From IMG/VR virus record IMGVR_UViG_2925597055_000005, positions 1 to 64,000 of that record: 64,000 bases of DNA. One strand, given 5' to 3'. Made by a program: the position numbers and the translations under genes. The stretch is from an uncultured virus (IMG/VR IMGVR_UViG_2925597055_000005) (Duplodnaviria; Heunggongvirae; Uroviricota; Caudoviricetes). The first letter of the stretch is position 1, and every line of letters starts with the position of its first letter. Positions 29,103 to 36,852 of this stretch are shown here, piece after piece. The notes under the pieces are model-generated. The model saw only the letters and a program-made list of their open reading frames with translations, had not been told where the DNA came from and made no database searches.

Positions 29103-29216
29103 TTGAACGCGGAAACGGTACTAATCATAACGGCGATAGTAAACTTCGTCATTGCGGTAACGAATCTGGCAACCGCCTGCGTTAACGCAAAAAACGCTAG
29201 TCGCAAAAACGACTAG
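29103..29216 (+). CDS. 37-aa hydrophobic peptide (type I toxin-like)
   Basis: RBS AAAGGAGG, TTG; MNAETVLIITAIVNFVIAVTNLATACVNAKNASRKND. Confidence 0.6.
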   Translation: MNAETVLIITAIVNFVIAVTNLATACVNAKNASRKND

Positions 29217-29310
29217 CGCCAGAACATTGATACGGGGTTGATTGGAGAGTCCGCCCCGTGTCTCTTATAGTACCGTAACCATAACGTAAACACAAGGAGG
29301 CGAGCGCGCC

Positions 29311-29400
29311 ATGTTAACGGTATTAACCATCGGCATTACGGCGGCGGCCCTGATCGTAGCAATCGCGGGTCTTGTCGTAGCACTAAAACGGAGGCGATAA
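29311..29400 (+). CDS. 29-aa single-TM peptide with basic tail
   Basis: RBS AAGGAGG; MLTVLTIGITAAALIVAIAGLVVALKRRR. Confidence 0.6.
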   Translation: MLTVLTIGITAAALIVAIAGLVVALKRRR

Positions 29401-29404
29401 CGGT

Positions 29405-29608
29405 ATGGAACAGCTTATGATTCGTAAAGTATGGCCGGATGTGCCGGCATTAACGCCGCAGCAGGAAGCGCAGATCCTCGAATTATACGTGCGACCCGCC
29501 GCCAATTTCGGTCGATGCGGGCGCGCTTACCAAATCGGGATCAACACGCTAATGCAATATTTCGGATATCGTATCGAAAAGGAAACGGAAGACATTAACG
29601 ATGATTGA
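29405..29608 (+). CDS. Hypothetical protein
   Basis: RBS GGAGG, coupled ORF. Confidence 0.55.
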   Translation: MEQLMIRKVWPDVPALTPQQEAQILELYVRPAANFGRCGRAYQIGINTLMQYFGYRIEKETEDINDD

Positions 29609-29717
29609 ATACGCTTGTCACGACTGTAATTACGTAAAATTAGATATCGAAATCAAACCGGACGCGTGCTGCCCTACGTGTGGTACGCGGCTGGAAGTTG
29701 AGGAGGAAATCGTATGA
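29601..29717 (+). CDS. 38-aa zinc-ribbon protein
   Basis: MIEYACHDCNY...CCPTCGTRL. Confidence 0.6.
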   Translation: MIEYACHDCNYVKLDIEIKPDACCPTCGTRLEVEEEIV

Positions 29718-30451
29718 CTTCTACGCGCAACGAGTCGATCATAAAGAAAATTCGCGGCCTATTGGCAATTGCAAACGACAATAAAAGCGATGAGGAATCG
29801 CAAAGCGCGTTCCTATTGGCGCAGAAACTCATGATTAAGCACGATATTTCTTCCGGTGAGATAACGGAAAGATGTGCTGAACAAGAGATCGTAAAAGGTC
29901 AGGCAACGGCTTATAAGCGGCTTTTCTGGTGGGAACGTTCGTTAGCACGAATTATCGCGGATAACTTCAAAGTTGAATTTTATTACAATAATAAACGTTT
30001 TGACGGTGAGCAAAGAAGGAAGAAAACTGTAATCTTCTTCGGTTATGACAACGATGTGCAGCTTGCGAAAGAAATGTTTGTACTCGCCTATGATGCGATT
30101 CAGTTCTACTCAAAGCGTTTCATAAATTCCTACTATGACGAAGAATACGCCACCAGAACCGTAAAAAAGACCAATGACCTAAAAAACTCTTACATGAAGG
30201 GCTTCCTTGACGGGCTTAAAGAAAAATTCGCCGAGCAGTTGCGTCAGATGAAAGAAGAATACGGTTTGATGGTTATTAAACCGAAGGAAGTAAGCGACGC
30301 CTACAAAGAGCTTTCGAAGTCGTTCGGAACTGCACGCGCAATACAAGTCCCGGATATTGAGGAAATGTTTGCGTATAGTAGCGGTCATCGCGATGGAAAT
30401 ACCATCGATTATACAAAATCGACTATTGACGATGAAGTTGTCGGCTTCTAA
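29714..30451 (+). CDS. DUF2786-domain protein
   Basis: IIKKIRGLLAIA...EESQSAFLLAQKLMIKHDI. Confidence 0.75.
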   Translation: MTSTRNESIIKKIRGLLAIANDNKSDEESQSAFLLAQKLMIKHDISSGEITERCAEQEIVKGQATAYKRLFWWERSLARIIADNFKVEFYYNNKRFDGEQRRKKTVIFFGYDNDVQLAKEMFVLAYDAIQFYSKRFINSYYDEEYATRTVKKTNDLKNSYMKGFLDGLKEKFAEQLRQMKEEYGLMVIKPKEVSDAYKELSKSFGTARAIQVPDIEEMFAYSSGHRDGNTIDYTKSTIDDEVVGF

Positions 30452-30464
30452 AGGAGGAAATCGT

Positions 30465-30902
30465 ATGAAACGTTTAGTCAAATCGCTCGTAATCACCGCT
30501 ACCTTATTAACCGGCACTATTGCACTGGCTCCGCAAGCTGACGCGGCATGGTCGGGCTGGCAGACGGAGAAGTTCGGACACAAGGCGCGGGTATATACGG
30601 ACGCAACCACGTACAGCAGTAGCGCAAGCACGGTCGATTGGAAAGCCGAGAAGAAAGGCGGCGCAACGCTGTACTACACAGCCGGCGTTTATAAAAAGCG
30701 CAACGGTGGTGGGCTGACTGATACGAATTTAGTACAGCGCGGAAGCTTCAAGACATCAACGCCGCTGAAGTCGTTTAATGCGAAATCGATCCGCAGCAAG
30801 ACCGGCAAAGGAACATACGTTATTCAGATCGACTGCTATTCGGATTCAGGCAAGCGCCATTATATCGGGACTTTTGAGTCAGCGAAATTCAACGTTAAAT
30901 AA
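30465..30902 (+). CDS. Secreted protein
   Basis: Signal peptide MKRLVKSLVITATLLTGTIALAPQADA. Confidence 0.7.
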   Translation: MKRLVKSLVITATLLTGTIALAPQADAAWSGWQTEKFGHKARVYTDATTYSSSASTVDWKAEKKGGATLYYTAGVYKKRNGGGLTDTNLVQRGSFKTSTPLKSFNAKSIRSKTGKGTYVIQIDCYSDSGKRHYIGTFESAKFNVK

Positions 30903-31032
30903 TGAACGAAATGAGCCGTTTCAAGCTTTCGGATACCTATCGTACCTGAACGCGTCTGAAGCGGCTCTCTCGTTGTAATTTCGTGGTATAATCGTTCTAA
31001 ACAACGATGTAGGACACGGAGGTACAGCGAAA

Positions 31033-31212
31033 ATGGAGGAAAAATACGAGACTAACGGCATTGATACGTCGATCACTTACGAATACAAGGAATTTCCGGA
31101 CAAGCGCGCAGGACGATGCGACAACTGTGACTATACGCTGTTCAAAAGCTCGGTGAAGAGCGGAAAGTTTTTGCGCGAATGTAGAAGATGCGGAATGAAA
31201 AAGAATATATAA
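31033..31212 (+). CDS. 59-aa Cys4 zinc-binding protein
   Basis: RBS GGAGG; RCDNCD...ECRRCG; TGnTATAAT upstream. Confidence 0.65.
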   Translation: MEEKYETNGIDTSITYEYKEFPDKRAGRCDNCDYTLFKSSVKSGKFLRECRRCGMKKNI

Positions 31213-31226
31213 AAGAGGTGTATCGT

Positions 31227-31583
31227 TTGGACTTATTGCAAGAAATCATTCAATTACGAGAAAGAGAGCAATCGGTTAACAAAACGGCGTATGAGCAAGA
31301 CGGCGGAAGAAATCCAGGAGCAATTATCACATATAAACCTATTGGGGAGTCGAGGCATCGTTTTCTAGGAATCAATCTTCACGGATGGAACATTTCCGTG
31401 GAAGAAGAAGAAAAAAGTGTAACTGCGACTGGTGAGGTTATCGAAAGACGTAAGGTTATTGAGAGAAGAGAATTGACTGACGAGGATGTTGTCAATCTTA
31501 TTAACAGCCACGATTTCACCCTACAAGAAATGAATAGATTATTAAATAGATTTAAAGCTTCCGGCATATTTAAAGAGAATTAA
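31227..31583 (+). CDS. Hypothetical protein (AT-rich)
   Basis: RBS GAGGTG, TTG at 31227. Confidence 0.5.
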   Translation: MDLLQEIIQLREREQSVNKTAYEQDGGRNPGAIITYKPIGESRHRFLGINLHGWNISVEEEEKSVTATGEVIERRKVIERRELTDEDVVNLINSHDFTLQEMNRLLNRFKASGIFKEN

Positions 31584-31674
31584 CCAACCATAAATTACCA
31601 GCACCTAATCACTTCGTTCTAGCCGACTCTTACTATATCATTATAGTATTACGAAGCTGAAACGAGGTGATTTT

Positions 31675-32487
31675 TTGTTTATTTCGCCAATGCTATTAGA
31701 GTCCGCAAAAGACCCGTTCGACTCTGACGACTACATTACGGAAATCAAATTCGACGGTATCCGCCTGCTCGCATCCAAAGATGACGGCCGCATACGCCTC
31801 TACACGCGCCACAACAACGAAGTCACCGCTAAATTCCCCGAACTCCACACGTTACAGATTCCGGACGGCACCGTTTTAGACGGCGAGCTTATCGTGCCCG
31901 GACCGACAGGCGCCGGAGACTTCGAAGCTATGATGGAGCGGTTTCAATCGCAAAAAAGCTATCATCCGATAGTATTCTGCGTGTTTGATATATTGCGTCT
32001 CGACGGCGAATCGGTTACGTCGAAACCGTTATATGAGCGGAAGGAATTATTAAGCGGCCTTACCCTCGATCATCCAAACGTTAAGATTGTCGATAGCGTT
32101 ACAGGTAATGGCCGCGCTGTTTTCGAATTAGCGAAAAGCTCCGGCATTGAAGGAGTCGTTATGAAGCGCGCTAACTCGTCCTACGCGGAAAATAAGAGGT
32201 CAGATCGTTGGCTGAAGATCGTTAATTACGAATACACTGACGTTTGGATTACGGGTTATCGGAAAGAGGATAATGCGCTTGTTTTAGCGTATGACGACGG
32301 TGCTTATGCGGGGCTGATGGAGTTTATGCTACACGCTGAACGGCGGAGATTTCATTCGGAGCGGGTAGACGTAGGAGAAACGGATAAATACGTAAATATA
32401 GAGCCGATAAAATGCCGTGTGAAGCATCGATTTAAGACGCGCAAAGGACTGCTGCGGATACCTTCGTTTGATTCGTGGAAGAGCTGA
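31675..32487 (+). CDS. ligB: ATP-dependent DNA ligase (SPbeta LigB-like)
   Basis: EIKFDGIR, VLDGELIV, VFDIL, EGVVMK, WLKI motifs. Confidence 0.85.
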   Translation: MFISPMLLESAKDPFDSDDYITEIKFDGIRLLASKDDGRIRLYTRHNNEVTAKFPELHTLQIPDGTVLDGELIVPGPTGAGDFEAMMERFQSQKSYHPIVFCVFDILRLDGESVTSKPLYERKELLSGLTLDHPNVKIVDSVTGNGRAVFELAKSSGIEGVVMKRANSSYAENKRSDRWLKIVNYEYTDVWITGYRKEDNALVLAYDDGAYAGLMEFMLHAERRRFHSERVDVGETDKYVNIEPIKCRVKHRFKTRKGLLRIPSFDSWKS

Positions 32488-32526
32488 TGATATATTTAAG
32501 GCATAAACACCGAAGGAGATATACGG

Positions 32527-32688
32527 ATGGACGAAAAACAATACGCTCGCATTGCGCTTACAAACGGGCAGATTGCGCGCTTTGAATTACCTACGAATCT
32601 AAACAGCCGAGACATAGCTATCTTAAAATCGCAGATCGAAGTTCTTGAATTACAAACGGAAGATGACGAAGAAAAGACGCCCGCATAA
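32527..32688 (+). CDS. 53-aa hypothetical protein
   Basis: RBS AAGGAG; MDEKQYARIALTNGQIARFELPTNL... Confidence 0.5.
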   Translation: MDEKQYARIALTNGQIARFELPTNLNSRDIAILKSQIEVLELQTEDDEEKTPA

Positions 32689-32700
32689 GGCGTCCTTTTT
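32672..32700. terminator. Bidirectional intrinsic terminator
   Basis: AAAA-GACGCC-loop-GGCGTC-CTTTTT between convergent genes. Confidence 0.7.
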
Positions 32701-32704
32701 CGTT

Positions 32705-32788
32705 TTATGCTCCGCGTGATGCGCTTTCCGCTGGACCTGCGCCCCTGATAATGCTTTCTAGCGGACTAGCTCCTCGTGGCATTCCCAT
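32705..32788 (-). CDS. 27-aa concatemer of three arbitrium-type hexapeptides (GMPRGA, SIIRGA, SASRGA), no signal peptide
   Basis: RBS GGAGGTGA, ATG at 32788, MGMPRGASPLESIIRGAGPAESASRGA*, terminator directly downstream. Confidence 0.85.
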   Translation of the reverse strand: MGMPRGASPLESIIRGAGPAESASRGA

Positions 32789-32812
32789 TCGCCTCACCTC
32801 CGATATAGTAAA

Positions 32813-32842
32813 ATTATACCTTTTTAACGTTGAACAGCGCAA
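32813..32842 (-). promoter_or_regulatory. Candidate SigA promoter for the poly-arbitrium gene
   Basis: TTGCGC-N18-TATAAT followed by TTTACTA, same layout as the promoter at 960-989. Confidence 0.5.
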
Positions 32843-33614
32843 TCAACGTTTTGTCCGGTGTCTTTGATTGTCGATAGAATACGTTAGGATTAAACGTGTA
32901 GCGCTCCGGCTCGCTTCCGACTTTAATTCGCGCAACAACGTATTCGCCGTCGAATTTCATCTGCTTCAGGCGCCGGCCGAGCGTATCTGAAGTAACGCCG
33001 ATCGCCGCCGCAAGTTCCTTCTTATTGAACCAGCGGATGCGCTTCGGATTCTTTTCGAAAGGATTTGCGCACAGAGCATTTGTTTCGTAATGAATGAACG
33101 GCAGCATACGGTAGATCAGACCGATGTCAGTCGCCTTCACTTCGCTGTACACACGTTTGATCTTCGCGCTGTATAGCTTAACGACTTGCTGACTACCGAA
33201 ATTACCTTTGAAGTGGTAGCGGTCATTTACACTGTAGCGGCCGTTCTCTTCCCGGATGATGTCGTGCTCGGTACAGGCGGAGAGGAAGTCGTAAAAGGAC
33301 CGAGGTTTTTTACCGAGCTGCAAAACGTCCATCATGTCCGCAGTGGTCATCGGCGTTTTGTTGCGGCTAGACTTGATAAGGACACCGTTGTAATCGACGT
33401 AGCATTGAAGCAGCATCAGGTAGCCGCACTGTGCCGTCGTAAGAGCGTCATAGACTTCGTGAATATTAGACATATTGGCGTTTGAGAAATCGCGCCGATC
33501 GGCTGTTTTTTCTTGCTTCTGACGAAAGGCTGCGTCTTGGTTGCGGTGCCGCAGCGTGTACATTTCCGACCAGTCTTCGCCTGTCTCCGTATTAATAACT
33601 CGTAATCTCTTCAT
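32814..33614 (-). CDS. Rep/RepL-like winged-helix DNA-binding protein
   Basis: Two HTH-like halves; INTETGE start; YTFNPNVFY near the C-terminus. Confidence 0.5.
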   Translation of the reverse strand: MKRLRVINTETGEDWSEMYTLRHRNQDAAFRQKQEKTADRRDFSNANMSNIHEVYDALTTAQCGYLMLLQCYVDYNGVLIKSSRNKTPMTTADMMDVLQLGKKPRSFYDFLSACTEHDIIREENGRYSVNDRYHFKGNFGSQQVVKLYSAKIKRVYSEVKATDIGLIYRMLPFIHYETNALCANPFEKNPKRIRWFNKKELAAAIGVTSDTLGRRLKQMKFDGEYVVARIKVGSEPERYTFNPNVFYRQSKTPDKTLIALFNVKKV

Positions 33615-33667
33615 TATACCGTCTCCTTTTCACAAAAATAAAAGAGCGCTGAACGGGCGCCCTCACA

Positions 33668-33702
33668 ACGTATAGACAACTAACGCAGTAAAATACGGGT
33701 AT
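33668..33702 (-). promoter_or_regulatory. Candidate phage-specific late promoter, copy 2
   Basis: ATACCCGT-N11-TTAGTTGTCTATACGT. Confidence 0.5.
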
Positions 33703-34190
33703 TAGTGATAAACTTTTTCGCCGGTTGCGATATTTACGGTGAACTGGCCGTTAGACTTTCCGTTAACAAACGCCGAATAACGTTTCCTTCGCTCTTCATT
33801 CCGTGCCTTGGCGCGCTTATCTAGTAATTTATTTTCGTAGGAAGAGCGTGGCCTGCGGATCGGCCGGCCTTTATAGGAGCCGGTTTGGTCGTATTCCTCC
33901 GCCAATTTATCCGAAGCTTCACGTTTGTATCGCTCTTCGAACTGGGTTTCGCTCATGATCGGGTACTCTTCACGCGTCACCTTATCCGGATGCGCGTCGG
34001 AAAGCTCTTCGTAGAGTACGAGATTAGCCATTCGTTCAAGTGCTGATAGCTCCGGGTGCTCACCGGTAGAGTCGTAGTAAGCGTCTGACAGGGCCGTTAT
34101 TTCCTCAATACGTTCCTTCCGCGTCATATCGCCAGCCTTAGTGCGTGTGTACATTTCCGTAATTGTTTCGTGCAAAATCGTTTTATCCAT
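33702..34190 (-). CDS. Hypothetical protein coupled to the sigma region 4 gene
   Basis: ATG at 34190 overlaps the upstream stop; helical. Confidence 0.6.
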   Translation of the reverse strand: MDKTILHETITEMYTRTKAGDMTRKERIEEITALSDAYYDSTGEHPELSALERMANLVLYEELSDAHPDKVTREEYPIMSETQFEERYKREASDKLAEEYDQTGSYKGRPIRRPRSSYENKLLDKRAKARNEERRKRYSAFVNGKSNGQFTVNIATGEKVYH

Positions 34191-34573
34191 CAATCCGTCC
34201 CCCCTGTCGTGTATCCTTCGCCATGACTGGCCCAATAGTAATAAATGTCCGCAAGCTTTTCAGCAGACAAAGTTAGGTTAAAATCGACACCTTGCTGCGT
34301 TATGCCCATCCGTTCTCCCGCCTCGGCCTGCGTTAATTCTCCGAAGTAAACGAGCTCGATCGCCTGTCGTTGCCGATCCGTTAAGCCGGCGAGCTCGATC
34401 GCCTTGTGTATGTCGATTAGTACTTCCACGGCCGCATAGTCGCCGCAACGCTTCCGGCTGACGAACTTCTGGTAATCGGCGAGTAGCAACTTGACGCCCT
34501 CTGCGTCGTCGAGCGCATATGCGGCGTTAAACTCACGGTCCTTTCGGTGGAGATCGACTTTTACCGTTCCCAT
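34190..34573 (-). CDS. Sigma-70 region 4-type HTH regulator
   Basis: LTDRQRQAIELVYFGELTQAEAGERMGITQQGV. Confidence 0.8.
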   Translation of the reverse strand: MGTVKVDLHRKDREFNAAYALDDAEGVKLLLADYQKFVSRKRCGDYAAVEVLIDIHKAIELAGLTDRQRQAIELVYFGELTQAEAGERMGITQQGVDFNLTLSAEKLADIYYYWASHGEGYTTGGTD

Positions 34574-34606
34574 ACGTAAAACCTCCTTCTCGCTCTAGTA
34601 ATCGCG

Positions 34607-35830
34607 CTATCTATCGAAATAATTGCGAACGATTTCGTCCTGCCAATCGAAATCAAACGAGCTCACCATACGTCCATTCCATTCGATCTCATCCCCGGCG
34701 CCTAACGTTAGTTCATTCCAGCGATAAGGACCTTCCGGAAAAGTGGCTGCTGCGTCTCTTAAGCCGTCACACTGACCGTTGCCATGTGAGAAGAAGAATG
34801 CCTCGTTTCCTTTGTCGATTCCATGCCAGCTAGGTAAGTGTGGATATAGATTTTCGCGCATAAGGTTATCGTCAGTGAAATCGTCAAGGAGTTCGTCAAG
34901 TTGCGTCAGACCATCGCCCGACGCATCGGTTGACTTTCCTTTCGCATCCCACCCAATGTCTGTTACTTGTGCGAAATAAGCAGGCGGCTGACCTTCGAGA
35001 AATTTTGCGTTATATTCCGATATGTCAGTGTCACCGCCTCTTCTGAAATTTGAGCGCCATTTCGTAGTTGCTGGCTGTATCAACTCCGTTCTAGGCGGTG
35101 CTTTCCGCAGTATTAATATCTGCGTAGCAATCGTAGTACCTACGTGTTGGAACGTTTCTCCCGGAAGTAAAATAGTCGCGACCTGCCAGCACGTTTCGTG
35201 CATAAACTTTCGAAGTTTAGATGCATAGTTAGCGAAGGATATGCCTAACGGAAGTACAAACGCAATATAACCGCCGGGCTTAACCGCTTTGATAGCGAGT
35301 TCGATAAAAGCAACCTCCGACTTGCCTCCGTATTCTCCCTTCTTTTTAGTAATTGACCGCCACTCCTCGTCTTCTTGCGGCTCGAATTTAACGTTTACTC
35401 CGTATGGCGGGTTGCCGATTACTAAATCGTAATAATCTCGGCGGCCATGTACTAGCGCATTCCCTTCGATAATCTCAGCGTCTGGATATAACAGCGAGGT
35501 TACTTTCGCGCTTGTACTATCGAGTTCTAACGCTGTGACGTTGGCGGCCTTCGGCGCATGTTCGAGAAATACACCGGCACCAACGGAAGGCTCCAGAACC
35601 TTCGGAGTCTCAGGCAGCCGCGGCTTTAATACATCCCATACGAACTTTGCAATGTGAGTAGGCGTGAAAAAGGCCCCACCGCTAAAAGCATTCGGCAGTA
35701 ACCCGCCTGCCGACGTATAATTTTTCCGCAAGAATTCGATATCTTCTTCGGTTATTTGGTCGCGGGCTTTCGCGATGATTTCCATCGACTTAACGTTTCC
35801 TTCCCATCGTTTGCGATCAGCTTTCCCTAT
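34607..35830 (-). CDS. Orphan amino-type (probably N6-adenine) DNA methyltransferase, probable ATA start
   Basis: GAFFTP, VLEPSVGAGVF, VIGNPPY; RBS AAAAGGGG before in-frame ATA at 35830. Confidence 0.85.
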   Translation of the reverse strand: MGKADRKRWEGNVKSMEIIAKARDQITEEDIEFLRKNYTSAGGLLPNAFSGGAFFTPTHIAKFVWDVLKPRLPETPKVLEPSVGAGVFLEHAPKAANVTALELDSTSAKVTSLLYPDAEIIEGNALVHGRRDYYDLVIGNPPYGVNVKFEPQEDEEWRSITKKKGEYGGKSEVAFIELAIKAVKPGGYIAFVLPLGISFANYASKLRKFMHETCWQVATILLPGETFQHVGTTIATQILILRKAPPRTELIQPATTKWRSNFRRGGDTDISEYNAKFLEGQPPAYFAQVTDIGWDAKGKSTDASGDGLTQLDELLDDFTDDNLMRENLYPHLPSWHGIDKGNEAFFFSHGNGQCDGLRDAAATFPEGPYRWNELTLGAGDEIEWNGRMVSSFDFDWQDEIVRNYFDR

Positions 35831-35850
35831 AGAAATCGTCCCCTTTTCGT

Positions 35851-35879
35851 TTGACTTTCGCCCCAAAAGCGAATATAAT
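35851..35879 (+). promoter_or_regulatory. SigA promoter
   Basis: TTGACT-N17-TATAAT. Confidence 0.7.
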
Positions 35880-35910
35880 TTCCGTATAATGTATAACCGA
35901 GGTGAATTAC

Positions 35911-36294
35911 GTGGTTATTAATTGGATTTCAGCGCAAAGTAATGACGCCTACATAACGCTTGATAAACAACGAAGAATATACGTTTCGTCCGGCGCACGT
36001 AAGATCATCGGCCTGCCCGACAAAGCTCCGTTTTACCTGACGATCGGCTACGATGACGAATCAAATCGCCTTGTTTGCGCGAAGCCTGAAAGCGTAAAGG
36101 CCGATGCGACTCCGTTCAAATTCGATAAGCGTTCGTATAATAAAGCCGCAAGCAAAGTAATTAAGGCGGCCGGCTTCAAAGACGAGGACCTTCCGCTACG
36201 TTTTCAGATGATTGGCGAAGAGGAAGCCGCGAAGCAGCCGTATATGGCGTACCCTTCCGGCGTTTATGCTTTCGATCTAAGCTCGGCCAAGTAA
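35911..36294 (+). CDS. Hypothetical protein, antisense to the operon
   Basis: RBS GAGGTG, GTG at 35911; ITLDKQRRIYV is weakly AbrB/MraZ-like. Confidence 0.6.
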   Translation: MVINWISAQSNDAYITLDKQRRIYVSSGARKIIGLPDKAPFYLTIGYDDESNRLVCAKPESVKADATPFKFDKRSYNKAASKVIKAAGFKDEDLPLRFQMIGEEEAAKQPYMAYPSGVYAFDLSSAK

Positions 36295-36852
36295 CTCGGC
36301 AGCCAGCGCGTCCAACTTCGCATAGAGCTGCTCGTACGTCCCATCGTTCACGATTTCGTAATCAACTTCGAAAGTTTGCAGCGCTTTTTCAGTCGGATGA
36401 TCGAGCGCTGCTAAATCGAAATCGTCGCCGGCCTTCCGTGCGCGTTCAATCCGTAATTCCTCCGGCGCTGTGATGCGGACGATAGTAAATCCTTCGGCGC
36501 GCAGCCGGTCATATTCGTTATGCTGCCGAACGTCCTCGATCAGTACGCGATTCTTTAGGGACGGAGATAAGCCGCAATCACAGTCGCGGGCAAAGAGCGC
36601 CATATATGCGTTAACCTTCGCCATGCATGCGTCTACCCATACGTTCTCGCCGAGCATCTTCCGCGCCGCCTGACCGAATTCTTGATAATACGCGCGTGGC
36701 TTCGGCTTTTCAGGTACGAAAGGGAAAGCACGGTGAAAGGCGGCTTTGAGCTCGTCACTGAAGGCGAACGTTTGGAAATCGTAATACATCGACAGATAGC
36801 CGGCGGCTTGCGACTTGCCTGCGCGTAACGGTGCGGTCAGGGCGAGCTTCAT
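36277..36852 (-). CDS. Deoxynucleotide monophosphate kinase-like
   Basis: APLRAGKS P-loop, FAFSDELK, IEDVRQHNE. Confidence 0.8.
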   Translation of the reverse strand: MKLALTAPLRAGKSQAAGYLSMYYDFQTFAFSDELKAAFHRAFPFVPEKPKPRAYYQEFGQAARKMLGENVWVDACMAKVNAYMALFARDCDCGLSPSLKNRVLIEDVRQHNEYDRLRAEGFTIVRITAPEELRIERARKAGDDFDLAALDHPTEKALQTFEVDYEIVNDGTYEQLYAKLDALAAELLGRA

